Shown: piece after piece, positions 34,843 through 49,015 of the stretch
How the letters are laid out: the number at the start of each line of letters is the position of its first letter
Numbering within the stretch: the first letter of the stretch is position 1
Origin: Malacoraja senta
Taxonomy: Eukaryota
Length of the DNA: 60,000 bases
NCBI GenBank assembly: GCA_038087875.1
Contig: CM075989.1
Location: 10,232,001 to 10,292,000, forward strand
Direction: 5' to 3'
Made by a program: the position numbers and the translations under genes
The notes under the pieces: generated by a model
What the model was told of the DNA's origin: nothing
The model's input: only the letters and a program-made list of their open reading frames with translations
Databases searched by the model: none

Positions 34843-36789
34843 AGCCACATGAGATGGACTAGGTGCTAAATGAATATTGTCCCCCATTCCTATGTATTTT
34901 TTGAGCAATTGTTTAATTTCACATCAGTTTATACCTTGTCCAAAAGAACCATTTGGAATAGTGGATAGTGAAGGGATTAATTCAAAGAGCAAATGTCTGC
35001 CCTTTGCCACCAAATACCTTAATTGCTGATCACTTTGAAGCTGGACACTTTACAGTTAGTCATGTCCTCACTTTCCTCACCTATTTCATCTGCTTATCTG
35101 GCGGTTCGGATTACATAGGGCTGTCTCCATCTTTGTAGTCATGCCAGAGAGGATCTATCAAACCGCGTGGCTCGGGGAACAAGAGGTTGTCATTCTTGAG
35201 GAGTTAAAGGCCTTTAATCTGACAATAACCGTTCTCCATTCAGGACTGAGAGGGTGGATCATGACGAAAGCTGCCGTGCTTTTTTGGCAGTGGGAGTTTT
35301 CCCTTCCACTAAAGGACCCTTGATGAGGTCAAATTAAGCGATTGAGTTTCCAGAATCTTCTTTGAACATTGTAGACAATTAGATACAACACCAGCATCAC
35401 TGAACCACTGCCCAAAAGGAGTTTTTATACACTGTTGTTTCATCTAAACTGAACAACTCTCGTGCAATGGATTTTAATTAAGGTTGTTTTCACTTGATGG
35501 AGGCAAAGATGCTGAACCGTTTTGCTTCGTTACCCAGTGTGGTCACATTGGGAAGGGTGAGGGGGGGGGGGGCAGCAGGGGTGCCTTTAGGAGGAAGGTA
35601 AATGCGCACATGTATGTGGGGGATTTAGTATCTATGGTGCCATTTCCCTTGGGATTCAGGAACAAGGGGGTTCTTTGAGCTTGGTGCAGCATGGTTCATT
35701 GAAGCAACACCAGACCAGCAAAGGAACAGCAGATCACAAAAGGACGCGGGGAGAACGTACAAAGTCTGTACAGACAGCACCCGTATTCGGGATCGAACCC
35801 AGGTCTCCGGTGCTGCAAGCACTGTAAGGCAGCAACTCTACCGCTGCGCCACCGAAGTGAAGATGTGGGACTTTATTTCGTGAGGTCTCGTACCAGCACT
35901 GCTCCCCACAGAAGATTAACTTTTTTTTTTAAACTAAAAATCTACAATAAAAACAGAAAATGCTGGAAATACTCAGCCGGTAAGGCTGCGTCTGCATTCA
36001 GAGAACCAGAGCGAATGTTTCAGGCGATTTATCAGGTTAATATCTTTCCCCAGTAATGCTCCAGAAGGTAGCTTTACGTGGCAATAACTGCACTGCACAC
36101 ACAACTAAGCAAGTGCCCAATCAATTTCCCAGAAGGTGCAAAACAACCTGGAAATGATCGCCACCACTTTTCACTCTGTTTATTCTCAATTGTGTAGCAC
36201 TGAAATAAGCAATGCTAAGTGATCTAATTTCTCGGCCCCCAGAAAGAGCAAGGGATAAAAGCACGTATTGAAGGCTTGTCTTGTTATCCTGCACAATTGG
36301 TTTCAGGAAGCATTCATTATGTGACTCTTTTATGTAGCATGCATTGTATGTACTTAATGAAACATACAAAACCCTCTATTGTTGCGCATTCTAACACACA
36401 GTATTCATACAGCATCCATTGCGTGTTGCAAGGAGGAATTGGCGTATTAACTAGTTTCTATGGTTTTGCTTAAGCCTGAATTTGTTTTTATCTGTTTCCA
36501 ATGACACCTGGAGTTGGTAGGAATTTGACAGCCATGTTGTGAGAGGTGTGCATTTCCGATTACATTTCCATATAAAATATCCTTGGTTGCAGGGAAGCAA
36601 ACAAAACATTTCCCACTTTTTTTTAATTGACTTGTTTATTCAGGTTAAATGTTTGGACTCATTTCCCCTTAAGTGGCCTATTTTTCATTTGCAAGCACGT
36701 TGGAAATGTCCACCTGCTCTTCCCATGGTTTTCTGAACGATTTTCGTTGCTATTGAGATTTTCACAACATTAGTATTTCTCGCAGTGAG

Positions 36790-37370
36790 CACAAGAATTG
36801 GGACACCATGATACAACTGTAGAAGTTGTTGGTGTGACCGCACTGGGAGCATGGTGTACAGATCTGGTCACTCAGCTACAGGAAGGTTGTCATTAAGCTG
36901 GAAAAGGTGCGGTAAAAATACACACGGATGGTACTGGGACTGGAGGGCTTGTGTTATAAGGAGAGTTTGGATATACTGGGGAGCCTCTCAGAGCATGAGA
37001 GCTTGAGGGGTGACCTGATAGACGTGTATAACAACACGGGCTTTTTCTCAGGATGGACAGTCCTTTACTTAGGGTAGGGGAATCTAAAACTAAAGAGCAT
37101 CATAGGTTTAATGTGAGAAGTAATTGTATCTAGAAGAAACCCAAGGAACCTTGCACACAGGTTGATGGGTAAATAGAAGAGGCTGCCAGAGGAAGCTGTG
37201 GAGGTGGGCATGATTACAATGTTTTAAAGACATTTGGACAGTTTCATGGGTAGAAAAGGCTGAGTGGTATACGAGCTAAACACAAGCAATGGGGCTAGCT
37301 CATCTTGGTTGGCATGGACGTGTTGAGTCAAAGAGCCTGATTCTGAGCTGTTTAATTCTATGACTCCATG
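36790..37370 (+). mobile_element. CR1-type LINE 3' fragment
   Basis: Degenerate LVRPHLEY.VQ.WS region, RT C-terminus and tail. Confidence 0.8.
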
Positions 37371-37687
37371 ACTCAGGGCAAATGAAAGTAACTTCCAGGC
37401 AGTGGCATATCTTTGACAGAAGCTCATGGTTTTAAACTGGGAAGTATCGTGGTCGTTTTTTTTTGCATAACGTTCTCACAAACATATTTGAAATAGACAA
37501 GATTAATCTTTCTTTTTGTGCTGCTGCTTGTAGGATAAATGTTGGACAAAGCACTGGGCAGGCCTTCCTGCCCTTCTATGAAGTACTGCCATGGGACATT
37601 AGTTGCCCTCTAAGGTGGTCAGATGGGGTCACATCTCTGATGTTGCTGCGCTGTTTTGCTGCAGAGTCCTTCCCAATACCATGCAAT

Positions 37688-37928
37688 GATACGGCCCTGG
37701 GAATGCACTTGGAGTCGCAGTTTTGGACAGTCTATACACTCCCCTACTAAATGCAATGGGGAGGACGAGGGAAAGGGGGAGAAATTGGGATGGAGACAGG
37801 AATTTAAAGATGCACTATAATCTTGAGATTAAAGATCCTCCTCCTTTATATAAATTCCTGTTATTCAATGAGATCATGTTTTTCCTGTGGCATAATTACA
37901 CCCACTCAATACTTAGAACATAGAACAG
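37688..37928 (+). repeat. Direct repeat, copy 1 (~240 bp)
   Basis: Highly similar to 39075-39315. Confidence 0.95.
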
Positions 37929-39074
37929 CCCCTTCACCCCATTATATCTGTGCCGAACATGATGCCAAATTAAACTATGTGATAGATCGCCCTCCTTTCC
38001 CAGCATATCAAAAAGCAGAGTTAAAGAACTTCAGATGATAATTTGCAAAATAAGACACAAAGTGCTAGAGTAACTCAGCGGGACCGGCGGCATCCCTGGA
38101 GAACATGGATAGGTGACGTTTTGGGTCTGGACCCTCCCTGCGGGTGCCGAACAGAAACATCACCTATCCATGTTGTCCCGGGATGCTACCTGACCCACTG
38201 AGTTACTCCAGCACTTTCTGTCTTTGTTAAAATCTAAAACCCTCTTAAACAGCACTATCCTATTTACTTCCATCACCTCCCCAGTCAGCATGTTCCAGGC
38301 ACTGTCTGTGTTTAAAAAAAAAGTTGCCCTGTGCATCTCCTGCAAACTACTCCCCTCTGACCATAAATCTGTGCCCTGCAGTATCTGACATTTCCAGTGG
38401 AGGAAAAAGGTTCTGACTGTCCACCTTATCTATGCTCTCATAATTGTATATAGTTCTATCAGCTCACCCCTCAGCATCCGCCTCCCACAATCACGCAGCT
38501 CCACACTGGGAACTGTACGGGAACATGGGATCACTGGCAGCTATTGCTCATCCACAATTGGCATCCAGCCCCCTTCTTGAACCACTGCCACCTCTCTGGT
38601 CAAAGTGCTTCTTTTGTTTTGATGTGCTGGTTGTGAAGCAACTACAGGGCTTGCTGGGCTGGTTTGGAGGTGGTCCAGGGATGAATCACATTGCTGTGGG
38701 TTTGGAGTTACATACTGGCCAGACTCAGTAAGAATAGCAGCTTTGCTCATTGGAGTGAACCACTTGAGTCCTTCCACCAATAACGCAGTGTCACGGTCAC
38801 CATCACAAGCCATCCCTGCATTAGGATAACAGAAGTTTGCCCTTACAAAATTTACAATTCACTCGCAAAAAATGTGAGAATGTGAGAATAAAGTTCACTC
38901 ACATAATTTTTTGTGTGAAAAAAGTAAATAAATAAACACAAATAAGGAGATCAAAACTCCACATAGTGCAGCAGTCTAATAATCACCTATGCAACACCGA
39001 GCAACATTCCTTCGGCTTTCCTAACTGTTTGTTGTTCCTGCATGCTAACCTCTTGTGCTTCATAGGACACACAC

Positions 39075-39315
39075 GATATGGCCCTGGGAATGGACTTGGA
39101 GTCGCAGTTTTGGACAGTCTATACATTCCCCTACTAAATGCAAGGGGGAGGAGGAGGGAAAGGGGGAGAAATTGGGATAGAGACAGGAATTTAAGATGCA
39201 CTATAATCTTAAGATTAAGGATCCTCCTCCTTTATGTAAATTCCTGTTATTCAATGAGATCATGTTTTTCCTGTGTCATAACTACACAACACTCACTACT
39301 TAGAACATAGAACAG
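39075..39315 (+). repeat. Direct repeat, copy 2 (~240 bp)
   Basis: Highly similar to 37688-37928. Confidence 0.95.
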
Positions 39316-40419
39316 ACCCTTCCTGTTCTATTCTTCCTGCCAAAATGGATAATCTCACACTTTCACAGATTATACTTTGCCCATTTCCTTGACATATCTA
39401 TGACAGTGTACAGATTGTGTGTCCGTCTCACAATTTACTCTGCCACTCACACGTGCACTTAACACAAAGGCAAACTTGCCCTCACCTTAACCCGGCGACT
39501 CCCATCAAGGCAGTGCTGGGGGAGTAACATACTGTCATAGGTGGTATGTCCGAATAGTGGAATTCCCTCTCCAATACGGTGGGAACACCTTTGCCCGAAG
39601 GAAGGACATGCTTTGAAAGACTCCAACTTTGTATAAATTGGCCCATTTCTTGGCCATGATCCCATGAGCTGTGAATCTGACATTCTTCTATCATATTGAT
39701 ATGACAGGATTTAGCATTAAAATCTACCTGCTACAAGGATAAATTCTTAAGCTGGTACCTTAAATAATAAAGTGCGCGCATATTTCAGAGAATATTTGGG
39801 GAATGAAGCTTTCTTTGACTGCCATACAATGATAAAATCCCCTATCCAATTGCTGTGGAATGATATGACATTGTTCTTTTAATTTGTAATAGAGAAGGGT
39901 TTTTTTTTCAGACTGCTCTTTGTAACCTTGGCATTCTGCCATCTCTCTTTGTGTTCTCTTTGTAAACAAGCCCTGTGTTATAGATAAAATCCCCCTCACA
40001 GTGCCCCATTCTGAGCATTCAAAGGCAGAAGTCGTCACAGATATTTGGCATGGCCCCAAGATCTGAAGCAGACTCGTGCAAGTGTCCCACTCAACCCGTT
40101 CTCCTCACAACCGACCACAGACCCTTCAGAAAAGATTATTGTGTAGTTTGACATCCTGAGTGTCCCAGTACACACTTGAGCTGGTCTGATTCCTCTCCCA
40201 ACTTTATCTACCTTAGTGCAGTAATCAGTGAAGATTGGCAATGTCATGCTGTAGTCAAGCACAGAAACAGGCCCTTGGGCCCATCAATGAGTGAGATGAT
40301 AGACCACTCATCCATAGACTGGCACATGGGGCAATCCCAATAGGCCTACCCCAGGCTGCTTTATGAGACAACTCTTCCATTATCAGTCGCTTACATGTTG
40401 CATTCTCCACAGATATACA

Positions 40420-40615
40420 TTAATGTGTATGTGTGTGCGTGCGCATGCAAGTGTGCCTGTGCATGTATGCATGTGCGTCCACGTGTGCGCTTGTATGCCT
40501 GTATATGTATATACAGTGTTTGTGTGTGAATACACATAGGTGTGTGTTTGTTTACATGTGCTTATCTGTCCACGGGATTGTGTATATGTTTGCACATTCA
40601 CATATGTGCATGTGG
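40420..40615. repeat. Degenerate (TG/CA/TA)n alternating purine-pyrimidine tract
   Basis: Seen directly in the sequence. Confidence 0.85.
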
Positions 40616-40734
40616 GGTGGGGTGCAAGTCAGGCTGAAGTTCCTGCTCAAATCTGTCACTAGAATGGGAACCACACTTCCCTCTTCCCAAAATGAGGTGC
40701 CAGATGTTGATCAGAAGTCAGCCAGGCTATCAGA

Positions 40735-41100
40735 ATCTCTTACCCGCAGAACACAATTAGTGAGAATAGGTGACAAAACATCCTCCACGATAATTCTAAA
40801 GCCGCGTAAGAATACGTTCTCAACCCCCTTACTATACTCACGTGTAGGAAAGAACTGCAGATGCTGGTTCAGATCGAAGGAGTTACCTCAGTGGGACAGG
40901 CAGTATCTCTGGAGAGAAGGAATGGGTGACCCAAGGGTCTCGACCCGAAACGTCACCCATTCCTTCTCTCCAGAGATGCTGCCTGTCCCGCTGAATTACT
41001 CCAGCGTTTTGTGTCGACCTTCCTTACTATACTCCCTGGATAGCACAAAAAGCAATGCTTCTCACACATGATGAGTTCGGTACACGTGACAATAATAATC
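40735..41100 (+). mobile_element. Rex1/Babar-like RT fragment interrupted by an inverted Penelope-like insert
   Basis: LT.RTQLVRIGDKTSSTIIL...PLLYSL; insert 40840-41021 with 13-bp duplication CCTTACTATACTC. Confidence 0.7.
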
Positions 41101-42067
41101 CAATATAATCCAAAATGTATTGCCCAGCCCTAATTGCCTTTGAGTGTTGGTGCTGATCTGCCTTGTTGAACTGTTAAAAGTGGTGGAGGGAGCTGAGGTG
41201 ATGGGAGGGAAGATCTGGGATTTGGACCCACCAAAAGTGAAGGAACACCACTAACATTAGAATAATCTCCATGACGAAGTGTGCCGACCTGAAACATCTT
41301 CTGTCCATTCCCTCCACACATGCTGCCTGACCTGCTGTGCTACTCCAGCACGTTGTGGTTTGACTAATATTTGGAATGGTGTGCGGTGGTTCGCTGTTGA
41401 CATATTCACTGATGGAGGTTATGTAGCGTTTGGGTTCTGGGTCAGAAGGGGGACAGAACAAAGGGAGGACAGAGGGCGGGAACGTTAGGTTGCGATGGCA
41501 AGCTGTGTTCTTATCCATACAGATACGAGGCAGTCCTGCACAGGAGGAGGAGGAGGAGGAGGAAGACGATGGTGTCTTAAGTGTGTCTGGCCCAACGTAC
41601 ACAGTCCTGTCTGCAGTGGAGCCCAGGGGCACGGAATTGGCCACTTAAATATATATAAGAAGCCTCTCTTCAGAAGTCAGCAAAATCACAGCTTCTCTCC
41701 AAAACCAGTGACGCACTCGACACGCCGATCAGTGCCAAGGTCAGAGTACTCCAATATCCAGTGGGGGAATCCCAGGTGACATGTTAAATCCTGCTCTATG
41801 GGTCCAGCAGCACTGATTGCAACATAACTGGACAACTGTCTGCTCCAGTTAATTTAATGGCTTGTCACAACATCCCCGTATTTCCTGGGGATGATGGGCA
41901 ACTGGCCTAAAGAACTCAAACCTCCGCATTCAATATCCTGTATTTCTCTTTGAGGATCTCTACTCTGCAGTTGTAGATAGTGCTGCGTGGATCACTTGAC
42001 TTATGTTGTGAGGACTTATGTTGTTCCTGCGTGGCTCTATCATGCAGTAGGGTATGAGAAGAGTTGA

Positions 42068-42372
42068 GTTTAGTTCAGACTTACAACACGGAAACAGGCC
42101 CTTTGGCCCACCGAGTCCGTGCCGACCAGTGATCCCGCACAATAACACCATCCTACACACACCAGGGACAATTTACAATCCTTAACGAACCAAATTAGCC
42201 TTCAAACCTGTATGTCTTTGGAGTGTGGGAGGAAACCAGAGCACCTGGAGAAAACCCACGCAGGTCACGTGAGTGAAGTTAGAAACTCTGTGCAGACTGC
42301 ATCTGTGGTCAGGATCGAACCAGGGTCTCTGGCATTGTAAGGCAGCAACTCTACCGCTGCGCCACCTTGCCA
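42068..42372 (-). mobile_element. HE1-type V-SINE
   Basis: Head-core-tail similarity. Confidence 0.88.
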
Positions 42373-43660
42373 CTCCTCTTGCCTGAGCCTTGTCTTACGA
42401 TGGGCCTGGCATGGCTGGCAGATCTCCTGTCTCTCCCCAGAGCGCCGGCCTTCCTCCTGAGCAATTCGTGGATGTCCCTCAGTGAATGGAGCAGCTCTCT
42501 CCCGTCTCCGCTCTTTCCCCTGCTGAGCGGCTGGGGTCCATTGCTGCTGTGTGGCTATCTTTGAGGGTTGACCCTTCTGTGATTGCTGTATGGGAAGTGT
42601 CAACAGCTGGGCTGAATTGAGTGAGATCCCATCGGGAATCATACAAGCCCCGTTTTAGAGCTTGTTTCTGGATGTCAACCCCCTCCCTAATGCTGTTTCA
42701 CACTGGATTTTGTCGACTTTGCTCTTCTTTTGTGGGGGTCTTGAATTTGGCATTGGTGCTAAAATCAACAATGTTTCAGCTTACCAGAAACAGATGCAAT
42801 TCAATTTTTGAGGATTCATGTTTTATTGCAGTGTTGCTTTGAGCCAATCAACAAGTTGTGATGGGTAAAGTTGCCAGTTTTCTTTCTGAAATGTGCACTT
42901 TAGGTGAGACTTCCACTACAGTCAGATTAGAGACTTTAACAAGAATATCGTCTGCAACTGAACACAACACCATCAGAAACGGCAGTGAAAGGCCATTTGG
43001 CTTCCTAGCTCTGCTCTGCCATTTGATGAAATTGTGATAAACATCTAGAGCAAGACTATCCTGCTGATCCCCATATACTTTGATTTCAACAGTCCATTTA
43101 TTCATCAATCTCCATATATTGAGAAACTGAGTTTCCAGAGACCTCTTGGGAGGGAGGGTGAGGGTGTGGAGCGGGAGGGGGGGGGTGGCGGGGATGTGGA
43201 GGGGTGTATTCCAAAGATTCATGAACTTCTGCATAAAGAATCATCGACGCACCTCAATACCACGTGATGAACCGTTCACCCCCCCCCAGACCTACATCTT
43301 GTTTTGGTCTCTAGGCAGACTCTCAGCATCTCCCTTTCAATGCCTCACAATCTTTTTTTAACTTTGATGACAACATCCTTTATTGTTTTTCTATGACTAT
43401 AGGTCATTCAAGTCAATTTGTTCTTATCAGTTTGACACCACGTCTCCTTGTTTTGGAGCTTGACTGAACATTGAATTTTCTCAATGAGACGTCATTCAAA
43501 GAATCAAACTCGTGAACCTACACAGCACCATCACAAAAGGCACGTACATCCTTCCTTAGCTGAGGAAACCTGAACTATACACAATACTCCAGGCTGATCC
43601 CACAGTGTTCCTTTGTAATTGCAGGATTTTTACAGTAACCTCTTTTCTTTCCTTATCTTT

Positions 43661-43828
43661 AGGCTTTAGAGATGCAGCACGGAAACAGGCCCTTCAGCCC
43701 ACCGAGTCCGCACCGACCCGCGATCACTCCATACACTAACACTATCCTACACACTAGGAACAATTTACAACTTTACCGAAGCCAATTAACCTACAAACCT
43801 GTATGTCTTTGGAGTGTGGGAGGAAACT
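43661..43828 (-). mobile_element. HE1-type V-SINE 3' half
   Basis: Tail and partial core. Confidence 0.85.
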
Positions 43829-46359
43829 CCCGTTTCCCTGCCGCCCTGTAATAGGTTACTGGTACACTAAAGACAACAGCATTAACAGTGTCAATGTCAA
43901 TAGCGCAAAGTGATGATGCCTGGTTCAGAAGGATATTGATTTTCCAATTGGTGGCAAGTGGTGGGTATTGTGTGAAAGCATACAATTAAAAAAGCACTGC
44001 AGATGGTGCAGCTGGCTTAATGTCCAGAGCAGGAAAGAGATCTTGAGATTAAGTTCTTACAGGCACAGAGCAATGTACTAATTTCCAAAGCAGCTCAGAT
44101 ATCTACAGGGCAACTGGGTTGAATGGACAGAGATGCCTGGCATCCTTAAATAGCCCAATCCATCGTTCTCCTGTTCAGTGTGTCTCTCGGGGGACAACAC
44201 CCACCATATCACTGCCTAAGTGGAATGGTAATGGGTGATGCAAGAATGAAGCCACTCGGCTCCAAATAAACAATACCAGCTATAGACGCAAAAAGCTGGA
44301 ATAACTCAGCAGGTCAGGCATCATCTCTGAGTGAATCCAGCTTTTTCTCTCTATCTTCGGTTTAATCCAGCATCTGCAGTTTCTTCCTAACCTATACCAG
44401 CTCACGCGGTGGCAATAGCAGAATGGGACTCTGCCTTGGAGTTTCTTCTACACTAATAGAGTGGGACAGTCCATCTATATTAACAGTGTTCATCACACCA
44501 TGTTACAGAGGAGGCTATTTGTCCGTTCACGTCTATGCCAGCTCCCAGCAACCTGACCAGTCCCATTCCCCTCCTCCTTATCTCCCTGCACCATTGATAC
44601 ATCATTTTTTCCTCTCACATTCCCATCAACTCGCCTCTGCTTTCATTTGCCACTTAGGAAAGATTTACAGCAGCCAATTAACCTGCCAGCATGTCCTTGG
44701 ATATGTAGAGAAACTGGGACACCTGTCTGAAACCACGTAGCCATGGGGAGAATATGACAGACTCCACACTAACAACACCAATGGTCAGGATTAAACATGG
44801 GTCCCTAGGAGCAGTGAGGCAGCAGCACTAACCGCTGCACCACCGCACTGCCTTGCCTTCTTCTAAGTTTGACATCGGATGCCTCCAACTCAGAGCTTAC
44901 CTGAACATTGAATGTTTCTCGAAAAATAAAGGATTGCAACGTTTTGATTCCTGTTTTCCCAAGAAATGCACTAAACTTTTCCAGGAGGATTAAATAAGGG
45001 AATTGCTTAACAATTAAACAAAACAATTGCAGGCAGGAGGGGGAAATGGAACTTTAAATAGAGCAAAAAAGTACTATAGTCTCAAATGAAAGACTTGGCC
45101 AATGTCTCCTGGTCAAGTAAACACAGAAAATAACGAACAATCTTATCATTGACCTTTACCTAAATAATCTGGAAAACTGAAGGTAATCAGTTCCTGAGGA
45201 TACTGAGAGTCACAAAAATATACTTCTGTATCCTGATTTACAATTCTTTGTGACTAATTTATTATGTGCCTTTTCCAATGTTGACTGCGTAAATTGCAAT
45301 GAGCTGATTTGTGATAACCAAGCAAATAGGAGGTTCCAGTTGCAATGCCATCTCAGGTGGGCTTAAACCAGCATCAGCACCAGAGGAGAGGTGAATAGCT
45401 TGGCCAGAAGCAAGCTACTTCTGAGTAGCTTCCACTGGCCCTAGTGGAGAATGTGCAAGACTGTCTGTATGGTTAGGCCTGGTTCTTACCGAGCCTTAAC
45501 TGAACTACTTCACTGGCACAGCTGGTAGAGCTGCTGCCTCACAGCTCCCGCATCCCTGGTTCGATCCTGGTTTCTGGTGGATCCTGGTTTCTCTCTGTGA
45601 CCGTGTGGGATTCCACCGGGAGCTCCGGTTTCCTCCCACATCCCAAAGTTGTGTGCGAGGTGGAGGGTTGGGACGACGCACGTTAATTACCGCTCGTGTA
45701 CAGTTGAGGGGTAGAATCTGCAGGGGAGTTGATGGAAATTTGGGGTGAATAAAATGAGTTGTGGGAGGATTAGCATTAAAATTAAAGCTTACTGGTTAGC
45801 ATGGACTCCATGGGCTGAAGGGTCTGTTTCGGTTCTGCCTCTCACTTCAACCATGGGTTTGTCAATGTATTCTCAATGGACTGAGCATTCTGAATCAGCT
45901 CAGAAAGCAAGGAAGTTATTCTCTTGGATACACAACAATGTTAATCCACCAGTGGGGCATTGGATCCAATTATGTTCAACACACTTCCGGAAGGATGCAA
46001 GGGCCCCAGAGAGGGCACAGGAAAGGTTTGCTGAAATAGTTATAGAGATGAGGGATTTCAGTCAAAATTTTCAACTCGGGAGCCCGAGGCTCTTCTCCTT
46101 CAAGCAAAATAGACTGTGAGCAGATTTACGAAAGGTTTACAAGATCATGGTGAATTAAAAAAGCCGGCTAGAAGGAAGCTGTTCCTGTTCACAGATGGTC
46201 CATGGAGCAGAGACACTGATTGGAAATGAAGGGCAAACGATGGCCGGGGAAACATTTTTGTGCAGAGTTGTTACAATTGGATCTCACTGCCTGGAATTCA
46301 TTCAAGTGGAAACCCAGTCAATGTTGCTTAGCAGAGCCACTTGAGGGAAAATCATTCAG

Positions 46360-46651
46360 GACAGCACAGCGGTGCAGCGGTAGAGTCAATGCCTTACAGC
46401 GCCAGACATCCGGCTTCAATGCTGGCTTTGGGTGCTGTCTGTACGGAGTTTGTATGTTCTCCCTGTGACCACATGGGTTTTGTCTGAGTGCTCCGGTTTC
46501 CTCCCACATTCCAATGGTTTGCAGGTGATTTGGCTTCTGTAAATTGTCCCTTGTGTGTAGGATACGGGTGTAGAGTACGGGTGATTGTTGGTTGGTGCAG
46601 ACTCTGTGGCCGAAGGGTCTGTTTCCACATTGTATCTCGAAACTAAACTAA
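46360..46651 (+). mobile_element. HE1-type V-SINE
   Basis: Head-core-tail similarity. Confidence 0.88.
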
Positions 46652-46876
46652 TCTGCAGGACTTTGTGGAGAGAACAAGAACGGATCAGATTGATTTACTC
46701 CACGAGGTGGCTGTACAGCCTCGATGGGCCATATATCCTCCATCTATGCCATCGCTGCTCAATGATTCCAAACAGGGCGCGCTGTGTGGTCTGTTGGTAT
46801 TTTCTATGTAATCCTCTGGAAAGTTGATGCATCTCAGCTCCACGTGACTTGAGCTTTGACTCCTTACATGGGGGGA

Positions 46877-47170
46877 GGCCCAGTGGTGTAGTGATAGAAC
46901 TGCAGCCTTACAATGCCAGAGACCAGGATTTGATCCTGACTACGGGTGCTGTCTGTACGTTCTCCCTGTGACCGTGCAGGCTTGCTCCGGGTGCTCCAGT
47001 TTCCTCACACACCTCAAGGACGTACAGGTTTGTAGGTTAATCGACTTTGGTAGAATTGTAAATTGTCCCTAGTGTGTAGGATCGTTTTTAGTGTACGGGG
47101 TGATCGCAGGTTGATGCGGACTCGAAGGGCCAAAGGGCCTGTTTCCACGCTGTACCTCTGAAGTCTAAAG
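46877..47170 (+). mobile_element. HE1-type V-SINE
   Basis: Head-core-tail similarity. Confidence 0.88.
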
Positions 47171-47453
47171 TGTAGACACCTTTAGACATCATCTGGAATA
47201 AAATGTAAGTGAATCATTCTGATGCAGAGCTGGATATTGAAGATGTTGATTCTCCTACCACCTATTCGCTGCAGCTCAGAGGTAGCGCTCTTGCCTCAGA
47301 TCAGGAGTCTTTGGGTTCACACCCGACTCCACGTCCCTGGAGCCCCTGGATCCTCAAATAAATGGAGAGCACACTGGTGCAAATCGGTGCCGGCTGTGAT
47401 TCGTTCTGAACCGTTTCATACCTCTACTTTCCCTCTATCCCCTGAGTCTCAGT

Positions 47454-47481
47454 CTGAAGAAGGGTTTCGACCCGAAACATC
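47454..47481 (+). ncRNA. Minimal hammerhead ribozyme core (variant) in a Penelope-like pLTR
   Basis: CTGAAGA-A-GGGT(TTCG)ACCC-GAAACATC. Confidence 0.6.
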
Positions 47482-48653
47482 ACCTATTCCTTTTCTCCAG
47501 AGATGCTGCCTGACCCGCTGAGTTAAAGGAAAATGACACTCCTCGGATATGGTTCCGAGCAGTGCCCAGAGCCCAGTCTCTTTGATTCCAGCCTGTCTCC
47601 CTTTTGCAAGCTGCATTGAGTTGGCAAGGGCTGAGCTGGGTGCCTTTGTTTACTGGATGGGAAACAAGAGCCCCTCAATTTTCAAAGCTTTGCAGACCAT
47701 AACAGTAGCATTGCAGGCACTTACAATGTCCCAGGGCTGCCTGCAAGTTTACAGTACTGACTGTAATTGCCTGATAATGAATATCTAGCCTGGAATAAAC
47801 TGGCCACAGAAAGCACACATCCTTTCTTTTAATCGTTTAGTAAAGCACACTTACGTATCTCTCCTCAGACATCTACTAAACAATCAGGCATTTAAAAAAC
47901 TTTATACATAAACTCCTACGGCAAGCTGTTCTTGATGTAGTGGCTTCAAAACACCCTGCATGGGAGCCATTAACAGTTGACAAACACGAGTTAAAACGAG
48001 TTGGATTTCTCTCTAAAAGGTTTTCAACATCTGGTTTGCGCTGTGCTTTTGAGGTTCCTCCAAGGCCGTCCGTAATTTACAATCCAATTAGAACAGCTAC
48101 TTTATAGTCCCTCTGTCATTACTTACAACTGGCTCCTCAGTCTGAGCTTATTTCCTCTGTAATTGCTTGAAGCTCAAAATCGATCAGCTCTGGAAACTAT
48201 TCTGACAGACGATTCCGTAGAAACAGGGCATGATACAGCAGGAGGAGGCCATTCGGCCCCTTGAGCTGAGGCTGACACTTTGAAAGAGCTCTCCAATTAG
48301 CCCCACTCCAAATAATTATCCAATTTCTCTTTTCAAAGGTTACTGTTGGATCTGCTTCTCAGGCAGTGCGTTCCCGATCACAGCAACCCACAAACAAACA
48401 AAACAACTCAAAAGATGGTTTCCTCATGTCGACTTTGCTCCTTTTGCCAATCGCCTTCAGTAAGTTACTGAACCTTCAGCCATGGGGGAACTGTTCATAT
48501 TATTCGCCCTTCCAAACCCATTCCACTACTTACTGACTTATTTTATGGCTGGCACTGAATCTTCTGTTAAGTTAAATTGGGGTTTGGGGGGGGGTTACAG
48601 TTTTTGATTCATTTAGAGAGTCAGTCAAACTAATTAGCCCTTTTGGAGTTGTT

Positions 48654-48880
48654 AGCGGCCTGTCCCACTTTCACGACCTAATTCACGACCTTTTTTACCC
48701 GTGGACATTTTTCATCATGCTAGAAAAACGCCCCGACCTACTTGATGCCATGAGTACCTACGACTAGCATCACGGCCTGCTACGACCTACCTACGATCTC
48801 CGACGACCTTGTGTCGACCATGCTGCGAGTATGAGTCAAGGGTAAACTCGGCAGAGGTCGTGAAAGTGGGACAGGCCCTT
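48654..48880. mobile_element. MITE, AAGGGCCTGTCCCAC TIR family
   Basis: ggcctgtcccactttcacgacct / aggtcgtgaaagtgggacaggcc TIRs; shares gtgtcgaccatgctgcgagtatgagtcaaggg with 3268-3832. Confidence 0.88.
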
Positions 48881-49015
48881 TACTTTCTTCTTTAAGTGTT
48901 GAACACTGAATGTTAATAGGACTGAAACAGGCAACTCAGCTCATTGAGTTGGCATGATTCTTTTCACAACAACGCTCTCCATCTTTTCTGCTTTCTTAAC
49001 TTTTGTTCTGTGAAG

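Noticed and set aside
40433..41071. 212-aa ORF
   Set aside because: Chimera of a dinucleotide tract, a Rex1-like remnant and a Penelope-like insert.
42399..42590. Minus-strand exon candidate (QSQKGQPSK...CQAH)
   Set aside because: Plausible splice sites but no recognisable homology or compatible partner exon.
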